Below, piece by piece: positions 47,874 to 57,198 of a DNA stretch of 64,000 nt; position 1 is the first letter of the stretch, and each line of letters begins with the position of its first letter. Origin of the DNA: a virus. A program made the position numbers and the translations under genes. The notes under the pieces are model-generated. The model was not told the origin of the DNA. It searched no databases and was given only the letters and a program-made list of their open reading frames with translations. The DNA is taken from the IMG/VR virus record IMGVR_UViG_3300033150_001569, positions 58,308-122,307 of that record; one strand, given 5' to 3'.

Positions 47874-48852
47874 ATTTATCTCCTAATATTATTTTTTTAT
47901 ATTCAGGTAAATATTTTCTAAAATTTCTTTTTTCTGATTTTAATAATTTAATTTGTTCAATATCATAGATAATATCACAACCAAAATCAGATAATGTAAA
48001 TTGTCTTGAATCAATTGGTATTAATCCTACTTTTTTACCTTGAACAAAAGCTGGAATTGCATTATGAATTCTGGAGCTTAAAACTATATTAGCATTTTTC
48101 ATTATTTCTAGTGTATGATTTCTATCTTTTAATAATTCAATATTATCAAAACCTAATTTTTTTCCTACTTCTATTTCATGATTAGCATTACAATAAACTT
48201 TAGGTTTATATTGTTTATAAAAATCTAACATTAAATCATATATTCTCATTTTTCTAGATTCTTTGTTTGAATTACCTATAAATGAACCTCTAGATACACA
48301 TCTTTCGAGATCAATAAATATTAAAATATTGTCATTATTGTTTTGTGGTTCTGGAAATTCATTATAACAAAAGAAACTAGGACAAATTAGATGATATGAT
48401 TTTATTCCTAATGATGATAAAATATTATGTAGAATATGATCTCTAACTATATTAATACTATTGCTATATAATTTAATTATTTCTTCTTTTTGTTCTTTTC
48501 TTAATATATAATTATTATCGTAAATAATATCATAAGGAATACACGAACCAACTCCCATCATTAATAATTTTGCATTAGGATATTTATTTCTAAATTTAAT
48601 CATATTTTTATATTTCCAAGATTGATAAAAATTATCCCAAAGAAAAGGAGAATAAAGACAAATATAATCTGGTTCAAAATCTATTTTAGAACATATTAAT
48701 TCAGTATCTTGTTCTTTAAAATCTTCTGAAGATATATGAGTTATTTTATATTCTTCATCCATTATATTTTTTAATATATTACTTGCTCCAAAAATTATTT
48801 GACCATCTGTTGATGATTCTGGAAGTGGTCCATAAAAAATAAAATTTTTCAT
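47863..48852 (-). CDS. Polysaccharide pyruvyltransferase-family protein
   Basis: MMGVGS, IVRD, CPSFF, VLSSRIHNAIPAF..G..IDSR; ATG 48852 follows GGAG. Confidence 0.8.
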   Translation of the reverse strand: MKNFIFYGPLPESSTDGQIIFGASNILKNIMDEEYKITHISSEDFKEQDTELICSKIDFEPDYICLYSPFLWDNFYQSWKYKNMIKFRNKYPNAKLLMMGVGSCIPYDIIYDNNYILRKEQKEEIIKLYSNSINIVRDHILHNILSSLGIKSYHLICPSFFCYNEFPEPQNNNDNILIFIDLERCVSRGSFIGNSNKESRKMRIYDLMLDFYKQYKPKVYCNANHEIEVGKKLGFDNIELLKDRNHTLEIMKNANIVLSSRIHNAIPAFVQGKKVGLIPIDSRQFTLSDFGCDIIYDIEQIKLLKSEKRNFRKYLPEYKKIILGDKYGK

Positions 48853-48853
48853 A

Positions 48854-49060
48854 TTAATCTCCAATATATTTTCTAATTTCATAATTTTTATTTTCAAAAT
48901 TAATATATTGTATATTATTTTTTAAACAATATCCAATATAATTATTATGTTTTTTAATAAATTTGGATGCTTTAGAATAAGAATTAAATAATATTTCTTT
49001 TTTATTTCTTAATCCTGATTTATTATATTTATATTTTTCTTTATTAATTATTTTATCCAT
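48854..49060 (-). CDS. NUMOD1-like remnant of the HNH gene family
   Basis: KYKYNKSGLRNKK matches the N-terminus of the 60325..61026 protein; FNSYSKASKFI is NUMOD1-like; no nuclease core. Confidence 0.6.
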   Translation of the reverse strand: MDKIINKEKYKYNKSGLRNKKEILFNSYSKASKFIKKHNNYIGYCLKNNIQYINFENKNYEIRKYIGD

Positions 49061-49083
49061 AATATTTTTATTTAAATTTAATC

Positions 49084-49440
49084 TTAATAATCTTCTTTTA
49101 TTATATTTTCATCATAATAATCTAATTCTTCTATTTCATTAGTAATTACTTCTTTTTCATCAGAAGTTAATTTTAATTTATTAGTATTTTCAAAACATTT
49201 ACTTTCAAGTAAAGTTAATGTTCTATCAACACATATTTCTTTTTTTCTTTGATTTTTATAAATATTGCAATGATCCATTATATTAGCTGTATGTTTTAAT
49301 TCCGCTGATCCTTGCATAGTATGAGTAAAATTACCACAAGAAATAATAGGTAAAACTAAAAATCCTAATAAAATACTTCCAATAATAATTGTAAATAATA
49401 TTAATAAAATTTTTGACAAATATTTTATTTCTTTTTTCAT
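49084..49440 (-). CDS. Membrane/lipoprotein
   Basis: Long hydrophobic N-terminus ending in IIS|CG. Confidence 0.6.
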   Translation of the reverse strand: MKKEIKYLSKILLILFTIIIGSILLGFLVLPIISCGNFTHTMQGSAELKHTANIMDHCNIYKNQRKKEICVDRTLTLLESKCFENTNKLKLTSDEKEVITNEIEELDYYDENIIKEDY

Positions 49441-49449
49441 AAAATCTCC

Positions 49450-50538
49450 TTATAAAATTCTTTCATTTAATTCATATTTAATCATTTCATATATAATAGA
49501 TATTAATAACTCATATCTATTACTATCAATTGAATTTATATTAATTCCTTTTTTATCACATATTTCTTTTATTTTAATATCAATTTTAGGTTTAATATTT
49601 TTATAATGTTCATCAAAACTTTTCATATTATATATATTTTTTTTAATCTCTTTTTGTTGAAGATATCTATTTTTATCAGATTCAGAAATATTAATTTTTT
49701 TCTCATTATTTTTAGGCAATAAACGATTATTAATCCAATTTTTAATAATCATTGTTACATAATTAGGATTAATTTTTTCAGCTATAAGATTACAATTAAA
49801 TGAATAATCCCACATTTTTTCAGATGGATATTTAATTTGAGAATTTATAGATATAACTGGTTTATTAAAAACTGTTGCTGCATGACAACTTCCAGTATTT
49901 AATCCTAAATAAAAATCAATTTGACTTAATATAGCAATCATTGGTCTTGCAGAATATAAACTAGTTAAATTAGGAAAATTTAAACTTGCATAATATCTCA
50001 AATTTCTATCAGCATATTGTAATTTATCTTTTTGATAATAATCATTATAAAAAACTCCTTTATATTTATTCCTAAATCCCTGAGAAAATCCAATTTGAAG
50101 AATTTTAAAATATTTATTCATATTTTTGGCAACTTCGTCATAGTATTTAAAAGACCAATGATTTTTACCTTGTGAATCTCCACTAACTTGTATTGCCATT
50201 ACCATTTTGTTATCAGGATTAATTTTTTTAATTTGTTCTTTTGCCCATTTTATTTCTTCATCAGTTAAACATATTTCACCAATATTACCTGCTTCATCAA
50301 TATATTTCCCAGGAACACTAGGAGTAATCATTATATGAGGTCTAGGTAATTGATTAAAATTTATTCTTTCAATATCACAATATGGATTATTTAATAAAAT
50401 ATCATAATGAGGAGATTTTTCATCAATATAAACTTTTATTTTTTGATTACCATTATAATTATATATACGTTTGATATGACCACTTAAAATAATCATATCA
50501 CCTATTTTATTATGATTACTAATAAAATAAGGAACCAT
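49450..50538 (-). CDS. Glycosyltransferase family 9 (paralog of domain 2 of the 45024 gene)
   Basis: KIGDMIILSGHIKRIY..LLNNPYC...DFYLGLNTGSCHAATVFNKPVISINS..YPSEKMWDYSFNCNL. Confidence 0.85.
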   Translation of the reverse strand: MVPYFISNHNKIGDMIILSGHIKRIYNYNGNQKIKVYIDEKSPHYDILLNNPYCDIERINFNQLPRPHIMITPSVPGKYIDEAGNIGEICLTDEEIKWAKEQIKKINPDNKMVMAIQVSGDSQGKNHWSFKYYDEVAKNMNKYFKILQIGFSQGFRNKYKGVFYNDYYQKDKLQYADRNLRYYASLNFPNLTSLYSARPMIAILSQIDFYLGLNTGSCHAATVFNKPVISINSQIKYPSEKMWDYSFNCNLIAEKINPNYVTMIIKNWINNRLLPKNNEKKINISESDKNRYLQQKEIKKNIYNMKSFDEHYKNIKPKIDIKIKEICDKKGININSIDSNRYELLISIIYEMIKYELNERIL

Positions 50539-50558
50539 AAAAATCCTATATTAAATTA

Positions 50559-50762
50559 TTATTTATTAATTACTTCTTTTAAATCATTAAAAAATGATTT
50601 AAGATCAAAACATTCACTATCATAATTTTTAAAAGCAAATTTTCCTGTTTCACATCCTTCTGATATTAGACAACCTGTTTCTGGTTCATAAATCATTTTT
50701 TGTTTATAATTTCTTTTGAAATAATTAATGAATTTTATAATTGCTATTTCATTACTGAACAT
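50559..50762 (-). CDS. Hypothetical protein
   Basis: GAGGAG RBS; tightly packed in the operon. Confidence 0.55.
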   Translation of the reverse strand: MFSNEIAIIKFINYFKRNYKQKMIYEPETGCLISEGCETGKFAFKNYDSECFDLKSFFNDLKEVINK

Positions 50763-50764
50763 TT

Positions 50765-51427
50765 TTAAATCTCCTCAATTTTTCTATCTGTTTTTGACGT
50801 TTTTTTAAATTTTTTTATTTTTGTTAAAAAATTTGAATACTTAATACAATCTTCATCTTTTGTTTCATCTAACTTTTTTTTAATTTTTTTAACAGTTATA
50901 TATAATTTATGATAAGTTATTAAATTTCTTTTATTAGATTTTTTAATTTTTTTATTAATTAATTCTATTATTTCTAAATAATCATATCTTTTTTCTAAAT
51001 ATTTTATTATATCAATTTCTTGTTTATTAAATAAATTTTTAAGTTTTTCTTCTAATATAGTTTTATTAATTCCTTCAAAATAATAAAATAATTTTATCAA
51101 ATTAAAAATTTTATTTAATTTAATATTAACTGCCCATATTGTTTTATAAATATTTTTATATTTTAATATTCTATAAATTTCAGTAGGTGTTTTATTATAA
51201 TAATAAAATAATTCAAATATTTTCTTTTCATTTTTTGTGAGATATGTATTTATAATTGCATTTATTATATCTAATTTAACTAATAAATCTTCTGATGAAT
51301 TTTCCCATAATTTTTTAAAAAATTTTTTAGATAAATCATTATCAGTTATATTTATAACTTTATAAATTGATTCAAATTGTAAATTATGGTTTTTATTATA
51401 ATGTTTTTTTCCATTAACAACTATCAT
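50765..51427 (-). CDS. Tandem HTH (sigma region-4 / LuxR-like) transcription factor
   Basis: LTKNEKKIFELFYYYNKTPTEIYRIL and FNKQEIDIIKYLEKRYDYLEIIEL..TVKKIKKKL. Confidence 0.6.
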   Translation of the reverse strand: MIVVNGKKHYNKNHNLQFESIYKVINITDNDLSKKFFKKLWENSSEDLLVKLDIINAIINTYLTKNEKKIFELFYYYNKTPTEIYRILKYKNIYKTIWAVNIKLNKIFNLIKLFYYFEGINKTILEEKLKNLFNKQEIDIIKYLEKRYDYLEIIELINKKIKKSNKRNLITYHKLYITVKKIKKKLDETKDEDCIKYSNFLTKIKKFKKTSKTDRKIEEI

Positions 51428-51429
51428 TT

Positions 51430-51984
51430 TTATACCAAAGAAATATCAGCTAATGGAATAGATATAGGTCTATCTCCACCTAACATATTAATTGTTCCTT
51501 TTACTAAATTTTTGTTTTTATCAATACTAATACATTTTCCATAAAATCCTGAAAAACAACCACTAATAATTATAAATTTTTTACCAACAAATTTTACATA
51601 TTTATCAATATGACAATTATTTATAGCATTAAATATTAATTCGATATCATCTTTATTAAGAAAATATAATTTTTTACTAGTTTCTGTTTTTAAAAATTTT
51701 ATTATATTACTACAATTATCTTTTAAAAATTCTATTCTAGGATCTAATTCATTTTCAAAATTCATAAATATATAATTATCATATAATGGTTTTTCAATTA
51801 CTATTTTATTTCCTTTTATTATTTCAGTTTCTTTTACTTTTGGTATCCATAAAAAAGAATTTAAATCAATATCATTAAAGTGATTTAAAATTATTTGTTT
51901 AATTTTTTCTTCACTTCTTTTAAAAATATATGCAATAGCATATTTTCTTTTTAAAATTTCATCAATTTTCATTGATAAATCCAT
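51430..51984 (-). CDS. nusG: NusG-family transcription elongation/antitermination factor
   Basis: NGN domain WIPKVKE..KG.K..IEKPLYDNYIFM; KOW domain VGKKFIIISGCFSGFYG..INMLGGDRPISI. Confidence 0.88.
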   Translation of the reverse strand: MDLSMKIDEILKRKYAIAYIFKRSEEKIKQIILNHFNDIDLNSFLWIPKVKETEIIKGNKIVIEKPLYDNYIFMNFENELDPRIEFLKDNCSNIIKFLKTETSKKLYFLNKDDIELIFNAINNCHIDKYVKFVGKKFIIISGCFSGFYGKCISIDKNKNLVKGTINMLGGDRPISIPLADISLV

Positions 51985-52029
51985 TTTAAATTAAAATTAA
52001 AATTAACTTAGTACTAATTATAAAATTTA

Positions 52030-52371
52030 TTATTTACTTTTAACAGGATATCTCATTTTATTAATAACTGCTTTACTTACTACGTTCTGAAAATCATTAC
52101 CATTTATTTCTTCAATTCCTTCTGCTTTTAATTTTACATTATTATTACCATCTTTATCTTTTGAAAAATTTACTGTTACATTATTTGCATAACAAAAATC
52201 TATTGTATCAAGTAAACTTTTTGAAAAATTAATAGCAATTCTAAGATTTCTTTTTATTTCTGATGTAAATCGTGATTTAATTTTTTCTTTTTCTTCTTCA
52301 CTTAATTTATCTTCTTGATAATTACTTAATAAATCTTCTTTTTTAATATCATCCTTGATATTATTTGACAT
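52030..52371 (-). CDS. Hypothetical protein
   Basis: GGAGGA RBS; 113 aa. Confidence 0.6.
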   Translation of the reverse strand: MSNNIKDDIKKEDLLSNYQEDKLSEEEKEKIKSRFTSEIKRNLRIAINFSKSLLDTIDFCYANNVTVNFSKDKDGNNNVKLKAEGIEEINGNDFQNVVSKAVINKMRYPVKSK

Positions 52372-52394
52372 TTAATCCTCCATACAATAATTTA

Positions 52395-52634
52395 TTATAA
52401 ATTTATTTTTATCTTTTTAGACATTTTATTCCATTTTTTATGAACACAATAATATAAATAATTTAATTTACTTTGATACTTGTTTGAATACATAATAAAA
52501 TATCCTTTCCCATTACATGCACTATGATTTTTTGCTAATAATGATAAATATTCTAATTTAATATTTTTAAGAAAATCACTAGTATTTAAATTATCTATAT
52601 TAATTTTTCTTTCATTATTTTCTTTTACATCCAT
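52395..52634 (-). CDS. Hypothetical protein
   Basis: Overlaps the SbcC stop; HSACNGKGY motif. Confidence 0.5.
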   Translation of the reverse strand: MDVKENNERKINIDNLNTSDFLKNIKLEYLSLLAKNHSACNGKGYFIMYSNKYQSKLNYLYYCVHKKWNKMSKKIKINL

Positions 52635-55099
52635 TTTATTTCACTCCTATCATCATATCTAGTAACTAATAGATTATCTACTATTGAATTTTTAACTTCT
52701 GGTAAATGGGATATTACAAATATTTGATTATAATTAAATATTTCTTTTAATTGGTTTACTGTAATATTAACTATTTCATTTAAATTTTTAGTATCTAATT
52801 GTGTATATGGTTCATCTAATATTAACATTCCTGTTTGTATTCCCTTTCTTTTTAATACTAAATTTGATAATGCTAATCTTACAGCAAATGTTATTAAAAC
52901 TTTTGCTCCTCCTGATAATAAATCAAAAGATAAACTTTTATCATTTTCATATATAATTATATCAAAATCTTCCTTTCTTTTCTTTTCTCTATCTGCTCCA
53001 CATTTTTTACAAATATGAGTTCTTTCTCCTTTTTCAAAAGGAGTATTACATACAGTACAATTATATTCCCAAACATTAGTTTCTTTATCTGGAGTAAATT
53101 CTATTTTTTTATTTGTTTTTAATTTTCTCAAAATTTCATTTGTTTCATCTTCTACTTCACCCATTGCGTTAAAAAGTTGTTCTTTAGGAATACCATTTTT
53201 TCCAAATATATATTTTACATAATTTAAATAATTTTCTTTCTTTTTTAATATTTTTATTGATTCATTTAATAATTTTATTTTATCTTGATTTTCCAAATAT
53301 ATTTTAACATCTTTTTCATAACCAGATTTTTCTTTATGAATTTCAATTAATTCATCATTAATAGATGTTTTATCATTAATTAATTTATCATAATATATTT
53401 TATTATCTTCAATATTTTTATTTAAATGTATTTGACAAAAATTTTGTAATTCAAGAATTAATTTAATACCTTTATCTATTCTAGAATTATAATTTTTAAT
53501 TTCATTTAATATTTCTTCTTCTGTTTTTTTAATATTAAATGATTCTATTTTTTCGTTAATTGCTTTAATTTCATAATTACATTTTTGTATATCAACTTCC
53601 TTTAAATTTTGTGCTTTAGCATTAGTTATTTTATATTCATAATTATCAATATCTTTAGAAATAATATTTATTTTTTCTGTTTCTATATTGCTATTTTTTA
53701 ATAAATGAATTTCTTGATTTATACTATTATTATTTTTAATTTTTTCTTTTAATGATAATAATTTATCACTAGAAATATTAATTTTAATATCATAATCTTT
53801 AATTTCTTCTGCCTTTTTCTGACCTTCTTTAACAATATAATTTAAAACATCATTTAAAATATCACCTATTTTATCTTTATTTTTTACTGCTGGACAATCA
53901 ATTTCAGCAATAGGACATTTTGCTTTTTTAATTAAATTTTTTATTTTATTATATTTATCTAATAATAAACCTTTTTCAGTTCTTATTTGTACTATTTTTT
54001 CAGATAATTTATTTCTTTCATTATCATATTTTTCATAATTACTTTCTGCTTCATTATCAATTTCGTTATCTAACTTTTCTATTTTAACTTTTATTTTTTC
54101 TTTTTCAATATTAATTAAATTTTCTTTTTCTTTAATTAAATTATTATATTTTTCTATTAATTCATTAACTAATTTTTCTCTTTCTATTTTTTCTTCTTCA
54201 ATTATTTTATTTTTTTCTTCTTCTTTTAATTTTAATTCAGTATTTAATTTTTCAATTTCTTTTTTATTTTCTTTAATATTATTTAATTCATTTTCTAAAG
54301 ATTTAATATTTTCTTTTAATTGATCAACTTGATTATTATAAAGTTCTATTTGTTTTTGTTTTTCAATTGCTTTGTTATGATTATCTATTATATTTTGTTG
54401 TTTTTTTAAATAATCATTTATTTTTTTAATATTTTTTTCAAGTCTTTTAATTTTATTATCACATAATTTAATATTTTCTTTATATGTATCTAAATCAATA
54501 TCAAAATCTTCTAATGCTTTTAATTTACCTGATATTTCATTTATTTCTTTATTAATATCTTTAATATTTTCTTTTGTATCATTTTCCCAATCAAACCATT
54601 TTGCATTTTCTAACCATTTTAATATTAATTCTTTTTTTTCACTAGAACGAGATTTTAATATTTGATCAATTTCACCTTGTTCAAAATAACTAGTAATAAT
54701 AAATGTTTGGAAATCAAATCCTATTATTTTATCTATTTCTTTTTGTAATTTTCCTTTATCAAAATCTTCATAACCTTTAACTTCAAAAATTGTATTTTTC
54801 TTTTTATTAGAACCTCTTGTAATAATTACTTCTACACCATTAAAATCCCAAACACCTTTAGTTATCATTGGTTTATCAGTTCGATTATTAATTAATGCTT
54901 GAGTATTAATAGTAGGATAACCATAAAGATTATAAATTATAGCTTTAATAAAAGCAGATTTATTAGATTCATTTGATCTCGAAGGTTCATTTGCCCATTG
55001 ACCTAAAATTCCAATTACATCTGTATTATTAGGTATTTCTATTCTATGTTTACCTATAAACATCATAAAATTTTCAATTTCAATAGATTTTAATATCAT
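52625..55099 (-). CDS. sbcC: SbcC/Rad50/gp46-like recombination ATPase
   Basis: ILKSIEIENFM, YFEQG Q-loop, long coiled coil, central CP-x5-CP, signature LSGG, Walker B ILDEP, FVISH. Confidence 0.92.
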   Translation of the reverse strand: MILKSIEIENFMMFIGKHRIEIPNNTDVIGILGQWANEPSRSNESNKSAFIKAIIYNLYGYPTINTQALINNRTDKPMITKGVWDFNGVEVIITRGSNKKKNTIFEVKGYEDFDKGKLQKEIDKIIGFDFQTFIITSYFEQGEIDQILKSRSSEKKELILKWLENAKWFDWENDTKENIKDINKEINEISGKLKALEDFDIDLDTYKENIKLCDNKIKRLEKNIKKINDYLKKQQNIIDNHNKAIEKQKQIELYNNQVDQLKENIKSLENELNNIKENKKEIEKLNTELKLKEEEKNKIIEEEKIEREKLVNELIEKYNNLIKEKENLINIEKEKIKVKIEKLDNEIDNEAESNYEKYDNERNKLSEKIVQIRTEKGLLLDKYNKIKNLIKKAKCPIAEIDCPAVKNKDKIGDILNDVLNYIVKEGQKKAEEIKDYDIKINISSDKLLSLKEKIKNNNSINQEIHLLKNSNIETEKINIISKDIDNYEYKITNAKAQNLKEVDIQKCNYEIKAINEKIESFNIKKTEEEILNEIKNYNSRIDKGIKLILELQNFCQIHLNKNIEDNKIYYDKLINDKTSINDELIEIHKEKSGYEKDVKIYLENQDKIKLLNESIKILKKKENYLNYVKYIFGKNGIPKEQLFNAMGEVEDETNEILRKLKTNKKIEFTPDKETNVWEYNCTVCNTPFEKGERTHICKKCGADREKKRKEDFDIIIYENDKSLSFDLLSGGAKVLITFAVRLALSNLVLKRKGIQTGMLILDEPYTQLDTKNLNEIVNITVNQLKEIFNYNQIFVISHLPEVKNSIVDNLLVTRYDDRSEIKWM

Positions 55100-55197
55100 T
55101 TAAATATTTCCATTAAAGTTATTAATATAATTAACCATCCAAAAGGATGACAAATTAATAAAATAATTAAAATTGTTAAAAAATCCAAAAATTTCAT
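55096..55197 (-). CDS. 33-aa hydrophobic membrane peptide, not in ORF track
   Basis: MKFLDFLTILIILLICHPFGWLIILITLMEIFK*; abuts the upstream stop and overlaps sbcC via ATGA. Confidence 0.55.
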   Translation of the reverse strand: MKFLDFLTILIILLICHPFGWLIILITLMEIFK

Positions 55198-55884
55198 TTA
55201 AATACTCAATACAATTGAATTTAAAATACTATAATCATATTTTTTCTTATAAACAGGAACTTTATTTTCATATCTATATATTAAAGATATTTTAAAATCT
55301 AATTTTTTAATTATATGAATTAATAAAGAAGGTGATATTTTTAATCTTATTCCTTTATCTGATAATTTTTTATACATTTTAAAATCAAATAATATTTTAA
55401 AATTATCAAAATAACTATAATCTAAATTAAAAAATCCCATTAATAAATTATTATAATTTCTTTTTTGTTGTTTAAATTGTTCAATTTCAAATATATAAGC
55501 AAATCCTGTTTCAAAAACACTATCAAAAGTAAAACCAAAAATAATTTTATCCCTATATTGAATATCTTTAAAATCATTCCTATAATATTCAAATCCTATT
55601 TCTGGATAATAAATTTTTGAAAATAATGGAGCATATTTTGCCATTATAGATAATTCATCAAAGAATTCTTTATCTTTTTCTTTAGTTAAAACAAATAAAT
55701 TTTCTATTTTAATTTTATTAAAATCTTTAATAATAAAATTATATTTTCCTTTTTCAGTAAGATTTATATTTTCAGTATTACCACCATTTATCATAAATCC
55801 TAATTCTGTTTTTGTTTCAATATTTTTATCTGCATTACAAATAAAAGAAAATAAAAACAAAAAGATTAAAATTAATTTTTTCAT
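55198..55884 (-). CDS. DUF481/YdiY-like outer-membrane beta-barrel protein
   Basis: Signal peptide MKKLILIFLFLFSFICNA|D; ELGFMINGGNTE; YRNDFKDIQYR; YRYENKVP..KKYD; alternating beta pattern. Confidence 0.75.
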   Translation of the reverse strand: MKKLILIFLFLFSFICNADKNIETKTELGFMINGGNTENINLTEKGKYNFIIKDFNKIKIENLFVLTKEKDKEFFDELSIMAKYAPLFSKIYYPEIGFEYYRNDFKDIQYRDKIIFGFTFDSVFETGFAYIFEIEQFKQQKRNYNNLLMGFFNLDYSYFDNFKILFDFKMYKKLSDKGIRLKISPSLLIHIIKKLDFKISLIYRYENKVPVYKKKYDYSILNSIVLSI

Positions 55885-55890
55885 AATTCC

Positions 55891-56526
55891 TCATTTTAAA
55901 TTAAATTTATTATTTTCATCAAATATTTGATGATTAATTATTTTATATTTTTTAGCTTGATTTTCATCAAAATAAAAATCATGATCTTTTGCTTTTTCTA
56001 TTTTATTTTTCCACCAATTAAGTTTTTTATTACTTGATTTAGATATTATATTTTTAATAATATAATCATTTTCTAATTCTATTTCTAATGATCTTTGCAT
56101 TAAAGTTTCACGACTTAATCCTTCTTCATCTAGTGATATTTCATGTACTAAAAATTGAGTATTTTTAAATGCTGATCTTTTTTCTCCTTGGCAAAAAATT
56201 AAAAATCCTGCACTTTGACAACTATCAAAAGATATTGTATTAATATTACTATTTATTGTTTTTAATATATTAATAAAAATTAAACTTTCTTCAAAATCTC
56301 CACCATTTGATCTTATTAATAATGTTATTGGTTTATTATTTTCACTATCCATTTTTAACAAAGAAAATATTTGTGTTGTTAATCCACCGTTTTCAATATT
56401 ACCTATAGTTATAATTCTTTTTTTAAAATCTATACCATCTTTTAGTGATAATACATCAATTTCACTATCTAAATGACCAGATGTAATTATTTCATCAATA
56501 TTTTTTCTCTTAGCTTTTTTTTTCAT
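55891..56526 (-). CDS. clpP: ClpP-family protease
   Basis: KPITLLIRSNGG, CQSAG (Ser), FLVHE (His), DFYFDENQAKKYKII (Asp). Confidence 0.9.
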   Translation of the reverse strand: MKKKAKRKNIDEIITSGHLDSEIDVLSLKDGIDFKKRIITIGNIENGGLTTQIFSLLKMDSENNKPITLLIRSNGGDFEESLIFINILKTINSNINTISFDSCQSAGFLIFCQGEKRSAFKNTQFLVHEISLDEEGLSRETLMQRSLEIELENDYIIKNIISKSSNKKLNWWKNKIEKAKDHDFYFDENQAKKYKIINHQIFDENNKFNLK

Positions 56527-57116
56527 TTATTATCTTTATAATTATCCTGTATATTATGAGCAATATTTATAATTTCTTTTTTATCCTCTTCTTCTATAAA
56601 TTTTTTACTATTAACAAATTTAGTAACTAGTTCTTTAGGATTACTATTGACTTTAATTTCTTCATTTCTAACTGTTCTTTCTTTAACAAAAGAAGGATTG
56701 ATTGGTGTTACTTTATATGCTCCACAGCTTTCTAATTTAGCTCGTATTGCATCTTTATTAATATATTGATTATCTCCTTCATTTCCTTTAATATCAACCT
56801 TTATAATAGCGTTCCGACATATTTTCGGATCAATTAATTCTTCTAATTTTTTATTTCTTAATTCAGGATTCTTATTAAAATCAAAATTAAATTCTATATG
56901 TTTTCTATAATTAGTTTCATGAAAAGTTTCTTTAATCAAAACTTTATCTCTTGAAATATTTTTTTGTTTAGTTTCTTTTTTTGGTTCTGATTTTTTTACT
57001 ATCGGTTTAGATTCTGGTTTTTTAGTTTCTTTTAAACCTATATCAAAAACAGGAATTTCATCTTTAGGATTTATTTTTGGTTTATTTGTTATAAAATCAT
57101 TATCTATCAATCCCAT
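56523..57116 (-). CDS. Probable stand-alone SbcD/Mre11 capping (C-terminal) domain
   Basis: After a K/P/E-rich linker: TFHETNYRKHIEFNFD..NAIIKVDI..INKDAIRAKL..GAY..PKELVTKFV. Confidence 0.6.
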   Translation of the reverse strand: MGLIDNDFITNKPKINPKDEIPVFDIGLKETKKPESKPIVKKSEPKKETKQKNISRDKVLIKETFHETNYRKHIEFNFDFNKNPELRNKKLEELIDPKICRNAIIKVDIKGNEGDNQYINKDAIRAKLESCGAYKVTPINPSFVKERTVRNEEIKVNSNPKELVTKFVNSKKFIEEEDKKEIINIAHNIQDNYKDNK

Positions 57117-57149
57117 TTAATTTCCTTTTATTCAAATCTATTTATGCTT

Positions 57150-57177
57150 AGTTTACCAGAAATATTAAAAATATCAA
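57150..57177 (-). promoter_or_regulatory. Sigma70-like promoter with extended -10
   Basis: Minus strand TTGATA-16 nt-(TGG)TAAACT in the intergenic gap upstream of 57116. Confidence 0.5.
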
Positions 57178-57198
57178 GTAATAATTTAAAAATTTAAA

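Noticed and set aside
51985-52029. RfaH ops element upstream of the NusG paralog
   Set aside because: No GGCGGTAG-like sequence is present, only short TTAAAA repeats.
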